Of a DNA stretch of 64,000 bases, positions 37,274 through 46,387 are shown piece after piece. Location of the stretch: positions 13,000 through 76,999 of the forward strand of contig JBDSIR010000098.1 in assembly GCA_039917855.1 (NCBI GenBank), in the 5' to 3' direction. The translations under genes and the position numbers were made by a program. The number at the start of each line of letters is the position of its first letter. The stretch's first letter is position 1. This stretch comes from Gemmatimonadales bacterium. Its GTDB lineage: Bacteria; Gemmatimonadota; Gemmatimonadetes; Gemmatimonadales; GWC2-71-9. Below the pieces are notes generated by a model that worked only from the letters and a program-made list of their open reading frames with translations, was not told where the DNA came from and did no database searches.

Positions 37274-37894
37274 TCAAGTCAGGCGGATGGCGTCGAAGAT
37301 CGCCCGCAGCGACGCAAGGTCGGGCAGGAGCAGGAAATGCCCCCGGAGCTGCACGGGCGAGTCGAGGAAGTTGAATTCGGTCTCGACGCAGAACACGTAG
37401 TCGCGATCGTGGCCGAAGTTGAGGTAGGCGGTGGTGAGCACCGCCCCCGCCTGGTCCACCACGAGGCTGGGGACCGACGGCAGCAGCATCATCCCCATGA
37501 AATCGCTGAGCGCGTTCATGTAGGCGCTGGAGAGGATGTTGCCCGTCTCCTTGAGTCCCGACTCCTCCATCGCGCCGAATTCCTGGGTCGTCCCCGGGGC
37601 CCGGCGGAAGAGGATGTCGGAGAGGGTCCGCGCCGAGCTGATCGGAAAGATGACCAGGGTCCGCCCGGTGAGGTCGCCGAGCATGTGCATCATCACGGCG
37701 GCGATGGGGTCGTCAGGCTGGCCCAGCAACTCGGGGACCTCTTCGAGCCGCAGGATGTTGACCCGCGGGACGGAGATCATGATCCGGCTGTTGACCATCA
37801 GCCCGAGGGCCGTCGCCGCATGACCGGCGCCGATGTTGGCCACTTCTCGCAGGGCATCGAGCTGGAGGGCCTGCAGGTCGCGCACGTCGTCCAT
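37274..37894 (-). CDS. cheC: CheY-P phosphatase CheC
   Basis: Two CheC motifs: DALREVANIGAGHAATALGLMVNSRIMISVP and ESGLKETGNILSSAYMNALSDFMGMMLLPSVP (E-x2-N ... P). Confidence 0.8.
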   Translation of the reverse strand: MDDVRDLQALQLDALREVANIGAGHAATALGLMVNSRIMISVPRVNILRLEEVPELLGQPDDPIAAVMMHMLGDLTGRTLVIFPISSARTLSDILFRRAPGTTQEFGAMEESGLKETGNILSSAYMNALSDFMGMMLLPSVPSLVVDQAGAVLTTAYLNFGHDRDYVFCVETEFNFLDSPVQLRGHFLLLPDLASLRAIFDAIRLT

Positions 37895-37902
37895 GGTGCT
37901 CC

Positions 37903-39798
37903 TTACACGAGCGTGGCAGCGTCGAGGATCAACGCCGGCACGCCATCGCCCAGGATCGCAGCGCCGGAGAAGAGCGGGAGCATCCCGCGCGGCGCTTCAA
38001 AGGGTTCGACCACGATCTCCTGCTGTCCTACCAGCGCATCGGCCAGGAGCGCCGCGCGCCGATCTCCTACCTGCAGAATGATGCCCGGGCGCCGGAGGGG
38101 CGGCGGCACATCGCTTTCGACCCCGAGGACCACCCTGAGGTCGCGGATCGGGATCACCTGATCCCGGAGCATCAGGGCGTCGGCCCCTTCGAGGAGCCCC
38201 GCCGTCTTGGGCGAGATCTCGATCGTCTCGGCCACCGTCGAGAGCGGCAGCGCATAGCGCTCGCCCCCCACCCGGGCCAGGAGGACCCGCACCACCGCGA
38301 GGGTCATCGGCAGGCGGAGGATCCACGTGGTCCCCTGCCCCTGGGTGGTCCGGATCTCGACCGCGCCGCCCAACTGGCGCACTTTCGAGACCACCACATC
38401 GATGCCGACCCCGCGCCCGGAGACGTCGGTGACCGCCTTCGCGGTGCTGAAACCGGCGCGGGCGATGACCCGGAGGAGGGTCTCGTCGTCGAGCCGTTCG
38501 AGGTCGTCCTCGACCAGCCCTTCGCGCTTGGCCTTGAGGAGGATCGCGCCGCGGTCGAGGCCGCGACCGTCGTCGCTCACGCGGATCACCACGCCCTGCC
38601 GCTCCTGCGCCGCCGCGAGGTGGAGGCGCCCCTCGACCGGTTTTCCGGCCTGCTTCCGCTCCGCCGCCGGCTCGATCCCGTGATCGAGGGCGTTGCGGAT
38701 CAGATGCAGGATCGGATCGCCGATCTCCTCGAGGATGACCCGGTCGAGCTCGATGCTCTCGCCCGCGACGTCGAACCGCACCTGCTTGCCGAGCTGACGC
38801 GCCAGATCGCGCACGAGGCGCGGGAAGCGGTCGAAGGTCTGCCACACCGGCGTCATCCGGACGGCGATGATCTCGGCCTGCATGTCGCCGGTGAGGCGGC
38901 CGATGCGCGAGGCGAGCGCTTCGAGTTCGGGGTGCTCGCGGGCCACCAGTTCCTGAAGGCGCCCCTTCGCGACCATCAGCTCGCCGACCTGGTTCATCAG
39001 GGTGTCGAGCCGGCGCAGGTCGACCCGGATGTGCGAACCGCGGTCGGCGGCGATCCGCGTGGCGCGGTCGGTCGGTTCGGCGGTCGGCGCCGCGGGCCCT
39101 TCGCCCACCTGCACCCATTCGACATCACCGGCGCCGCGCAGGGCCGACTCGATCTCGGCGGCGTTCCGCGTGCTCGCGAGGCGGAAGGCGAACTGGCCAT
39201 CGAACCCGTCGGCCTCGAAGGCGTTCACCGGCGGCCGGACTCCGCTCACCGTGCCCAGCGCTTCGGCCCGCTTCAAGGCGAGGAGGGCGCGCACCCCCGG
39301 CATCAGGGTACCGGACTTGAGCCGGATCGCCACATGGAGCCCCTCACCTGCCGGGGCTGCCGCTAGTTCCGAGATCCGATGGGCGGCGGTGGTACGCATC
39401 GCCTCGGTGTCGCTGGCGCCGGTGGCAGCTCGGTCGAGCTCGCCGCCGACCCGCCCCAGCTCGAGCTGGCCGTCGCGTCCCGCCCCCGCCTCTTCGACCC
39501 CATCCTCCAGCGCGTCGACCGTCCGGAAGAGCAGGTCGAGGAGGTCAGGGCCGGGGACCAGCTTCCCCGCGCGGAGGCCGTCGAGCAGGTTCTCGGCGCG
39601 GTGGGCCAGGGCCGCAAGGTTCGCGTAGCCCATCGTGCCGGCCATCCCCTTCAGGGTATGGATGGAGCGGAAAAGACCGGCGACGTGGCCAGCGGCCCCG
39701 GCCGGATCGCGCTCCCACCCCAAAAGGAGCTGGTTGCAACTCCCGAGGTGTTCGCGACTCTCGGTGAGGAAGAGTTCGGCGTACTTGGAGACGTCCAT
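37903..39798 (-). CDS. cheA: chemotaxis histidine kinase CheA
   Basis: Hpt domain with FRSIHTLKGMAG, dimerisation IRVDLRRLDTLMNQVGEL, HATPase HLIRNALDHGIE / DDGRGLD / SGRGVGIDVV, and a C-terminal CheW-like P5 domain. Start reset to the ATG at 39798. Confidence 0.93.
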   Translation of the reverse strand: MDVSKYAELFLTESREHLGSCNQLLLGWERDPAGAAGHVAGLFRSIHTLKGMAGTMGYANLAALAHRAENLLDGLRAGKLVPGPDLLDLLFRTVDALEDGVEEAGAGRDGQLELGRVGGELDRAATGASDTEAMRTTAAHRISELAAAPAGEGLHVAIRLKSGTLMPGVRALLALKRAEALGTVSGVRPPVNAFEADGFDGQFAFRLASTRNAAEIESALRGAGDVEWVQVGEGPAAPTAEPTDRATRIAADRGSHIRVDLRRLDTLMNQVGELMVAKGRLQELVAREHPELEALASRIGRLTGDMQAEIIAVRMTPVWQTFDRFPRLVRDLARQLGKQVRFDVAGESIELDRVILEEIGDPILHLIRNALDHGIEPAAERKQAGKPVEGRLHLAAAQERQGVVIRVSDDGRGLDRGAILLKAKREGLVEDDLERLDDETLLRVIARAGFSTAKAVTDVSGRGVGIDVVVSKVRQLGGAVEIRTTQGQGTTWILRLPMTLAVVRVLLARVGGERYALPLSTVAETIEISPKTAGLLEGADALMLRDQVIPIRDLRVVLGVESDVPPPLRRPGIILQVGDRRAALLADALVGQQEIVVEPFEAPRGMLPLFSGAAILGDGVPALILDAATLV

Positions 39799-39802
39799 CG
39801 GA

Positions 39803-40165
39803 TCAGCCGAGGACGCGCTGCACCGCCTCGAGCACCCGGGAAGGCTGGAACGGCTTGACAACGAAGTCCTTCGCGCCCGCCTGGATCGCTTCGACCACCA
39901 GCGCCTGCTGCCCCATCGCGCTGCACATCAGGACCTTGGCGTCGGGGTCCTGGCGGCAGATCTCGCGGACCGCATCGATCCCACCCATGTCGGGCATCAC
40001 GATGTCCATCGTGACGAGGTCCGGCTTGAGCTGGAAATATTTTTCGACCGCCTGACGGCCCGTCTCGGCCTCGCCGACGACCTCGAATCCTGCCTGCTGC
40101 AGGATATCGGAGATCATCGTACGCATGAAGATGGCGTCGTCGCATACGAGCACGGTGTGGCTCAC
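39803..40165 (-). CDS. cheY: chemotaxis response regulator CheY
   Basis: VLVCDDAIFMR, DLVTMDIVMPDMGG, LMCSAMG, FVVKPF. The GTG at 40165 is preceded by GGGAGGG with 6-nt spacing. Confidence 0.9.
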   Translation of the reverse strand: MSHTVLVCDDAIFMRTMISDILQQAGFEVVGEAETGRQAVEKYFQLKPDLVTMDIVMPDMGGIDAVREICRQDPDAKVLMCSAMGQQALVVEAIQAGAKDFVVKPFQPSRVLEAVQRVLG

Positions 40166-40211
40166 GGAGTACCCTCCCGACCGATCGCTGCTGGGTGATG
40201 TCCTTGGGGGA

Positions 40212-40646
40212 TCATGCTCCGAGCACCGGCGCGAGCAGCGCATCGGTGTCGAGCACTACGAAGAGACCATCCTCACGCCGGCCCACCGCCCGCACCACCC
40301 GCGGATCGAGGCCCGGCAATCCCTCACGGCCTTCGAGGGCGCCGGCGGGAAGGGTGGTGAGATCGAGCACCTTGTCGACCGCGAGTCCCACCGCTTTCCC
40401 CCCATGTTCGAGCACCAACACACTGCGCTCTTCCACCAGGGACGGCCGCCCCAGAAGTCGGGACCCGTCGACCACCGTCAGCAGCGTGCCCCGCACATTC
40501 ATGAGTCCTTCGACTGCGTCCACCGCACCCGGAATGCGAGTGCCGCGCTGGAACGGGACGATCTCCTTGGCGGTCTCGACTGGCACCGCGCAGGTGAGGT
40601 CGCCGACCAGAAAGACCAGCAGCCGGAGCGGAGCGGTATCAGCCAT
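40212..40646 (-). CDS. cheW: chemotaxis coupling protein CheW
   Basis: LRLLVFLVGDLTCAVPVETAKEIV...MNVRGTLLTVVDG...VGLAVDKVLDL. Start reset to the ATG at 40646, which overlaps the rluD 3' end by 8 nt. Confidence 0.85.
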   Translation of the reverse strand: MADTAPLRLLVFLVGDLTCAVPVETAKEIVPFQRGTRIPGAVDAVEGLMNVRGTLLTVVDGSRLLGRPSLVEERSVLVLEHGGKAVGLAVDKVLDLTTLPAGALEGREGLPGLDPRVVRAVGRREDGLFVVLDTDALLAPVLGA

Positions 40647-41661
40647 TATCCTTGAAGAAGCCAAGATAGCCAAGGCCTTGTCGGTCAGCAACTTCGGGCC
40701 CCTCCCTCGAACCCCCTCCCGATGCAAGGAATAGGGACTCCCGGAGGTCGGCCGGCCACTCGCTCTGGAACAGGAGAGCCACCCCGCTGATGGGATGGCG
40801 AAAGCCGAGCTCCGCGGCGTGCAGTGCCTGCCGGGGAGTCCCCCGTTCCAGGGCTTCGGCCGTGAGCCGGGAGGCTCCGCCGATGCGCCGGCTCCCTCCC
40901 GCCCCATAGACCGGATCACCCACCACGGGGTGCCCGATGTGCGCGAGATGGACGCGGATCTGGTGGGTCCGGCCGCTGTGCAGAACGCAGCGGACGAGGT
41001 CGCAGACCCCGAAACGGGCCACCACGTGGACGTCGGTGCGGGCGGCGCGCCCCCCCTCTACGATGGCCATGCGGGTGCGGTCCTTGGGATGCCGGTCGAT
41101 CGGCGCCTCGATGATGGTCGGGTCCTCGTCGATGTGCCCCCACGCCAGTGCCGCGTACCGCCGGTTCACCTTGCGCTGAGCCAACGCCGCCCCGAGGCGG
41201 CGATGGGTCAGGTCGTCCTTGGCCACGACGATGAGGCCGGAGGTATCCCGATCGAGCCGGTGCACGATGCCGGGACGCCCCTGCACGCCGCCGCCCAGGG
41301 CGGTCCCGCGCGCCATGAGGGCATTGACGAGGGTGTCGTCCCAGTGACCCGGCGCGGGATGGACCACCAGTCCCGCCGGCTTGTCGATGATGGCGAGGTA
41401 CTCGTCCTCCCACACCACCTGCAGCGGGATGTTCGCCGGACGCAGATGCCGCGGTGGAGCGACCTCGGGGATGGTGACGACCACATCGTCCCCGTGCTCC
41501 AGGATCCGCGAGGCGCGGGCCACGGCGCCGTTGACCTCCACCTGTTTGTCGGCCACGAGGCGCGCGGCCTGGGTGCGGGAGAGACTCAGCTGATCGGCGA
41601 GGAAACGATCGAGGCGCTCCGTCTTGGCCGGCAGGACCGCGAACCGGCGGAGATCGAGCAT
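40639..41661 (-). CDS. rluD: 23S rRNA pseudouridine synthase RluD
   Basis: S4 domain (RLDRFLADQLSLSRTQAARLV) plus the RluA-family catalytic motif HRLDRDTSGLIVVAK. Start reset to the ATG at 41661. Confidence 0.9.
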   Translation of the reverse strand: MLDLRRFAVLPAKTERLDRFLADQLSLSRTQAARLVADKQVEVNGAVARASRILEHGDDVVVTIPEVAPPRHLRPANIPLQVVWEDEYLAIIDKPAGLVVHPAPGHWDDTLVNALMARGTALGGGVQGRPGIVHRLDRDTSGLIVVAKDDLTHRRLGAALAQRKVNRRYAALAWGHIDEDPTIIEAPIDRHPKDRTRMAIVEGGRAARTDVHVVARFGVCDLVRCVLHSGRTHQIRVHLAHIGHPVVGDPVYGAGGSRRIGGASRLTAEALERGTPRQALHAAELGFRHPISGVALLFQSEWPADLRESLFLASGGGSREGPEVADRQGLGYLGFFKDNG

Positions 41662-41669
41662 GGGGGAGG

Positions 41670-42236
41670 TCAGTGCGTGGGCGGAGTATTGGCGGGCGGA
41701 ACGCCCACCGTACCCTCGGCATGCTCGACCGGGACGGTCACGCCGCGGCTCTTCTCGCGGTCGTTGTCCTCCTGCCAGAGGGACCAGGCGAGGAGGATCG
41801 CGCCACAGCTCACACCGATATCGGCCACGTTGAACGTGGGCCACCGATGGATGCCGACGCCGACGTCCAGGAAGTCCACGACGCCCTGGCCGCTGCGGAT
41901 CCGGTCGACGAGGTTGCCGAAGGCGCCCCCGGTGACGAGACCGCAGGCGAGCTGCCGGAGACGATCGCCGGGGGTCGCGGTGCGGCTCATCCGGTCGAGG
42001 ATGATGATCGCCGCCACGGCGACCGCAAGGAAGATCCAGCGCGACCAGGGGCCGAGGTGGAGGCCGAAGGCGGCGCCGGGGTTGTAGACCAGCCGGAGCT
42101 GGAAGGTGTCGCCCATCACGGACACCGCGCTCCGGAGCGCGAGAGTGGCTTCGGCGAGCAGCTTGGTGGCGAGGTCCGCCACCACCACGATCACCGCCGC
42201 GACCCAGAAGAGCCGGCGCTCAACGGCGCTTGGCAT
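41670..42236 (-). CDS. lspA: lipoprotein signal peptidase II
   Basis: YNPGAAFG and WPTFNVADI motifs; four hydrophobic segments. Confidence 0.85.
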   Translation of the reverse strand: MPSAVERRLFWVAAVIVVVADLATKLLAEATLALRSAVSVMGDTFQLRLVYNPGAAFGLHLGPWSRWIFLAVAVAAIIILDRMSRTATPGDRLRQLACGLVTGGAFGNLVDRIRSGQGVVDFLDVGVGIHRWPTFNVADIGVSCGAILLAWSLWQEDNDREKSRGVTVPVEHAEGTVGVPPANTPPTH

Positions 42237-42603
42237 CCTCTTCCTTTTCCTTGCAGGAGATGCAGAGCCGCGCGTGCGGCAAGGCGTCGAGCCGCTCGTA
42301 GCCGATCTCGCTGCCGCAGGTCTCGCACTTGCCGAACTTGTCGGGCGCCGAGTAGAGCCGGCGAAGCGCCTGGTTCACGTGCCAGAGGTAGCGCCCCTCC
42401 TTGGAGGCCATCAGGAACTGTTTCTCTCGCTCCATGGCGTCGGTGCCCTGATCGGCCATGTGGAACGAGTAGGAGGAGAGATCGCCGTCGGCGCCCTGGA
42501 GGGTGGCACTGAAGGACTCGTCGTAGAATCCGAGCTCCTTCATGACGCGCGTCCGTTCCTCGAGGAGGCGCTTCTCCAGATGGGTGAGGTGCTTCTTGAT
42601 CAT
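42220..42603 (-). CDS. TraR/DksA family C4 zinc-finger protein
   Basis: 127 aa from the ATG at 42603. Coiled-coil N-terminus and CETCGSEI...CISCKEK zinc finger. Confidence 0.8.
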   Translation of the reverse strand: MIKKHLTHLEKRLLEERTRVMKELGFYDESFSATLQGADGDLSSYSFHMADQGTDAMEREKQFLMASKEGRYLWHVNQALRRLYSAPDKFGKCETCGSEIGYERLDALPHARLCISCKEKEEDAKRR

Positions 42604-42623
42604 ACGCTCCGGGGGGTTCGTGG

Positions 42624-45600
42624 TCAGGCGCCGGCGCCGAGGCGCGCGAGGCCGACAGTGACGGAGTGACCGTCGAGATCCAACTGCTGCTCGAGCTCGG
42701 GCTTGTCGAGCGTCCCGCCGGGCTCGAACCGACGGGCGAGCGTCTCTTCGATGATGAACGCCTGGTGGTTCCGGGCCGCCGCCAGCACGGCCTCGGGACC
42801 GCGGACAATGAGGGTGATCCGGTCGGTGACCGCGAAGCCGGCGTCCTTCCGGAGCCGCTGCACCCGGCTCACCAGTTCGCGGGCCAATCCTTCGGACTCG
42901 AGCTCGGGAGTGACCACCGGGTCGAGCGCCGCGACGTAAGGGCCGTCGGCCTGCGTCAGCCAATCGCTCGCAATCTCGCGCTCGATGATCACATCTTCAG
43001 AATTGTAGGCGAACTCCCCGACCTGAGCTGACTGCCCCGCCTCGAGCCGGTCGAGGTCTTCGGAAGTCAGTTTCCCAACGGCCGCCGCCGCATGCTTTGT
43101 ATCGCCACCGAATCGCTTGCCGAGCGTCTTGAAATTCGGCTTACCGCGAAGTGTCACGAGTGAATCTTGGTTCGCCACCAGAATCAATTCTTTGACATTC
43201 ACCTCTTCGAGGAGCAGCGGCTGCAAGGCCATGAACTCGCGGGCGAACAGTTGGGCCCTCCCGATGGGAACCGCGACCTTCATGCGGGCGAGCGGCTGAC
43301 GAACCTTGAGCTTCCCTTGCTCTCGCGCCGAACGGGCCAATGACACCAACTTTCGGACCGCGTGCATCGCCTGCGACAGCGCATCATCATCCAAAATGCT
43401 AACGATGGTGTCACGTGGTGTCGGCCACTGCGCCAGATGCACGGAGTTCCCATTGAGCGCGCGATGGAGCCAGTCGCTTTGGAACGGGGCCGCCGGGGCC
43501 AGAAGCCGCGCCACCGTGGTGAGACACTCGTGGAGCGTCGCCAGCGCCGCGGGGTCACCGCTGGGGCGGTCGGGGGCCCAGAACCGGGCGCGATTGGTCC
43601 GCACGTACCAGTTCGACAGGTCGTCCACTACGAAATCCATCAGGGCCCGGACCCCGGCGGTGACATCGTACCCCTCCCAGGCGGCAGTCACAGCGCGCAC
43701 AGTATAGTCGAGACGCCCCAGAATCCAACGGTCCGACCTCTCGGTCGGGGGCTGGGGGTTCGGGGTTGGGGGCTTGTCGGCGCCGGCAGTCGAAAGTCCA
43801 GCCCCAAGCCCCAAGCCCTTAGCCTCTGGCCGCCACTCCCCAGCATAGAGCTGAAAGAACCCGTATGCGTTCCGCAGGGTGTTCAGGAACCCACCCACCG
43901 ACTCGGGGATCGCCTTGAGGTCGAACCGCTTGGGGAGCCAGACTTGGCTCGACGCGAGCAGGTAGAGCCGAGTGGTGTCGGCGCCGTACTGGTCGAGGAC
44001 CTTCCACGGGTCGACCACGTTCCCCTTCGACTTCGACATCTTCTGGCCCTCGACGTCGAGGACCAGTTCGTTGACGATGACGTTCCGATATGCCGGCCGG
44101 TCGAAGACGGTGGCCGCGATGGCGAGGAGGGAGTAGAACCACCCGCGCGTCTGGTCGACGCCCTCGCAGATGTAGTCGGCGACTTCGTGGGCCTTGAACT
44201 GGTCGGCGTTCTCGAACGGGTAGTGCCATTGCGCCACCGGCATCGCGCCTGAATCGAACCAGGTGTCGATCACCTCGGGGGTGCGCTTCATGGTGCCGCC
44301 GCAGCTGCACTTCCAGCTCCAGGCGTCGATGAAGGGCTTGTGGGGGTCGAAGTCCTTGGGACGCTTGCGTCCCGCGGCCTGCTCCAGCGCCTCGTAGCTC
44401 CCGATCACGGTGACGTGCTTCACGTCCTGGTCGCACACCCAGACCGGGAGGGGGGTGCCCCAGTAGCGGTCGCGCGAGAGGGCCCAATCCACGTTGTTCT
44501 CGAGCCAGCCGCCGAACCGCCCGTCGCGGATCTCGGGTGGATTCCAGTTGACCTGCTGGTTGATCTCGATCATCCGCGCCTTGACCGCGGTGGTGCGGAC
44601 GAACCAGGAATCCTTGGCGAAATAGATCAGCTTGCTCGAGCAGCGCCAACAGTGGGGGTACGAATGCACGTGCTGCTCGGTCAGGAGGTGCCGTCCGTCG
44701 GTCTTCAAGCGACGGATGATGAGCTCGTTGGTCGCCTCGGCGGTGACCAGCTTCCCCTCGATCTCCGGCCACGTCGTGCCCTTGAAGGTCCCGTCGGCGG
44801 CCACCGGGCGCACCATCGCCAGGCCGTGCTCCTTCCCGGCGGCGTGGTCGTCGGAGCCGAACGCGGGGGCCATATGCACTATGCCCGAGCCGTCCTCGGC
44901 GGTCACGAACTTCCCGGGGATGACGATCGAGTGGATACCCGCTTCGGGATCGGGGACGACGTTGAGCGGCCGGGTGTAGCGAAGTCCCACCAGCGCGCGT
45001 CCCAGCACGGTCGAAAGCAGCGGCGACTCGGCGATCGCTTTCCCCTGCAGCTTGATCGCACTGGCCCGGGCCACCGCCAGCACGAGCTTCCGGCCCCCGA
45101 CCTCGTACACACCGTACTCGAGTTCCGGATCGACTGCGGCGGCGACGTTGCTCGGGAGGGTCCAGGGCGTCGTGGTCCAGACGACGAGCTCCCGTCCCGA
45201 GCCATCCTCCAACGGGAAGGTGACGTAGATGCTCTTGTCGGTGATCTCTTCGTAGCCGAGGGCGAGCTCGTGGCTCGAGAGGACGGTGCCGCAGCGGGGG
45301 CAGTACGGCAGCACCCGGTGTCCCCGATAGAGCAGATCCTTCTGGTGCAGCTGTGACAGCAACCACCAGACCGACTCCACGTACTCGTTGGAGTAGGTGA
45401 CGTAGGGGGCGTCGTAGTCGAGCCAGTAGCCGGTGCGCTCGGAGAGCTTTTCCCAATCACCCTTGTACTGGAAGACGCTCTCGCGGCAGAGGGCATTGAA
45501 CTTCTCGACGCCGTAGGCCTCGATGTCCTTCTTGCCGGTGAAGCCGAGCTTCTTTTCGACCTCGAGCTCGACCGGGAGGCCGTGGGTGTCCCACCCCGCC

Positions 45601-45854
45601 TTCCGCGTCACCCGCCGGCCCTGGGCCACGCGGAAGCGGCAGATGAGGTCCTTGATGGTGCGGGAGAAGACGTGATGGATGCCCGGGCGGCCGTTGGCGG
45701 TCGGCGGCCCTTCGAAGAACACGAACGGCGCGCCCTCGGCGCGCGAACGTTGCACCTGCTGGAAGAGCTGTTCGTCCTTCCACGTGCTGAGGATCCCGTC
45801 CTCGAGCGCCGTGGCCGAGGCCGGCCAGGCGGGGTAGTGGCTCACTCCGGTCAC
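42624..45854 (-). CDS. ileS: isoleucine--tRNA ligase
   Basis: HIGH region PPTANGRPGIHHV, KMSKSKGN, and an editing domain. 1076 aa. Confidence 0.95.
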   Translation of the reverse strand: MTGVSHYPAWPASATALEDGILSTWKDEQLFQQVQRSRAEGAPFVFFEGPPTANGRPGIHHVFSRTIKDLICRFRVAQGRRVTRKAGWDTHGLPVELEVEKKLGFTGKKDIEAYGVEKFNALCRESVFQYKGDWEKLSERTGYWLDYDAPYVTYSNEYVESVWWLLSQLHQKDLLYRGHRVLPYCPRCGTVLSSHELALGYEEITDKSIYVTFPLEDGSGRELVVWTTTPWTLPSNVAAAVDPELEYGVYEVGGRKLVLAVARASAIKLQGKAIAESPLLSTVLGRALVGLRYTRPLNVVPDPEAGIHSIVIPGKFVTAEDGSGIVHMAPAFGSDDHAAGKEHGLAMVRPVAADGTFKGTTWPEIEGKLVTAEATNELIIRRLKTDGRHLLTEQHVHSYPHCWRCSSKLIYFAKDSWFVRTTAVKARMIEINQQVNWNPPEIRDGRFGGWLENNVDWALSRDRYWGTPLPVWVCDQDVKHVTVIGSYEALEQAAGRKRPKDFDPHKPFIDAWSWKCSCGGTMKRTPEVIDTWFDSGAMPVAQWHYPFENADQFKAHEVADYICEGVDQTRGWFYSLLAIAATVFDRPAYRNVIVNELVLDVEGQKMSKSKGNVVDPWKVLDQYGADTTRLYLLASSQVWLPKRFDLKAIPESVGGFLNTLRNAYGFFQLYAGEWRPEAKGLGLGAGLSTAGADKPPTPNPQPPTERSDRWILGRLDYTVRAVTAAWEGYDVTAGVRALMDFVVDDLSNWYVRTNRARFWAPDRPSGDPAALATLHECLTTVARLLAPAAPFQSDWLHRALNGNSVHLAQWPTPRDTIVSILDDDALSQAMHAVRKLVSLARSAREQGKLKVRQPLARMKVAVPIGRAQLFAREFMALQPLLLEEVNVKELILVANQDSLVTLRGKPNFKTLGKRFGGDTKHAAAAVGKLTSEDLDRLEAGQSAQVGEFAYNSEDVIIEREIASDWLTQADGPYVAALDPVVTPELESEGLARELVSRVQRLRKDAGFAVTDRITLIVRGPEAVLAAARNHQAFIIEETLARRFEPGGTLDKPELEQQLDLDGHSVTVGLARLGAGA
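43747..43820. repeat. inverted heptamer arrays inside ileS: (GGGGGYT)x4 ... (AGCCCCA)x3
   Basis: gggggct gggggtt cggggtt gggggct (43747-43774), a ~23-nt spacer, then agcccca agcccca agccctt (43800-43820). Translated in frame as KGLGLGAGLSTAGADKPPTPNPQPP. Confidence 0.85.
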
Positions 45855-46387
45855 ACCTTGCGCTTGAGGACCAGTTCCGTCTGCGGATCGTTCCGCTCCA
45901 CCTGGAGCTGGGCGCGGGCCTGCGAGCTCGCCTGCAGTCCCTCGACCTCGCCGAGCTGGCGCTCGAGCAGGGCGCGGAAATTGGCGAGGTAGGACGAGAA
46001 TTGCCGCTGGGCGGCCTCGAAGCGTTCGCGCACCATCCGCTCCTGCTCCTCGGCGCGCGCCACCACGCGGAGCGCTTCCGCCTTGGCCTCGCGCAGGACC
46101 GCCTCGGCCTCGCGCTCCGACTGCTGCTTGGTGTCGGCGCGGAGCTGTTGGGCCGAGACCAGGGCTTCGTTCATCGCCCGCTCGCGCTCCCGGAAGGAGC
46201 GGAGTTGTTCCTGCATCCCGCGGAGCCGCTCTTCCAGCTGCGAGCGTTCGCGGAGGAGGCGGTCGACCGCCTCGGCGACGCGGGTACGGAACTCCTCGAC
46301 TTGGGCGGCATCATACCCGCGGAAGGCGCGCGCGAATTCTTGTCCGCGCACGTCGTGCGGCGTGAGATTGAAGGCATCGTCGGTCAT
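45851..46387 (-). CDS. divIVA: DivIVA family protein
   Basis: LTPHDVRGQEFARAFRGYDAAQVEEF DivIVA N-terminal domain followed by a long coiled coil. Confidence 0.85.
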   Translation of the reverse strand: MTDDAFNLTPHDVRGQEFARAFRGYDAAQVEEFRTRVAEAVDRLLRERSQLEERLRGMQEQLRSFRERERAMNEALVSAQQLRADTKQQSEREAEAVLREAKAEALRVVARAEEQERMVRERFEAAQRQFSSYLANFRALLERQLGEVEGLQASSQARAQLQVERNDPQTELVLKRKV

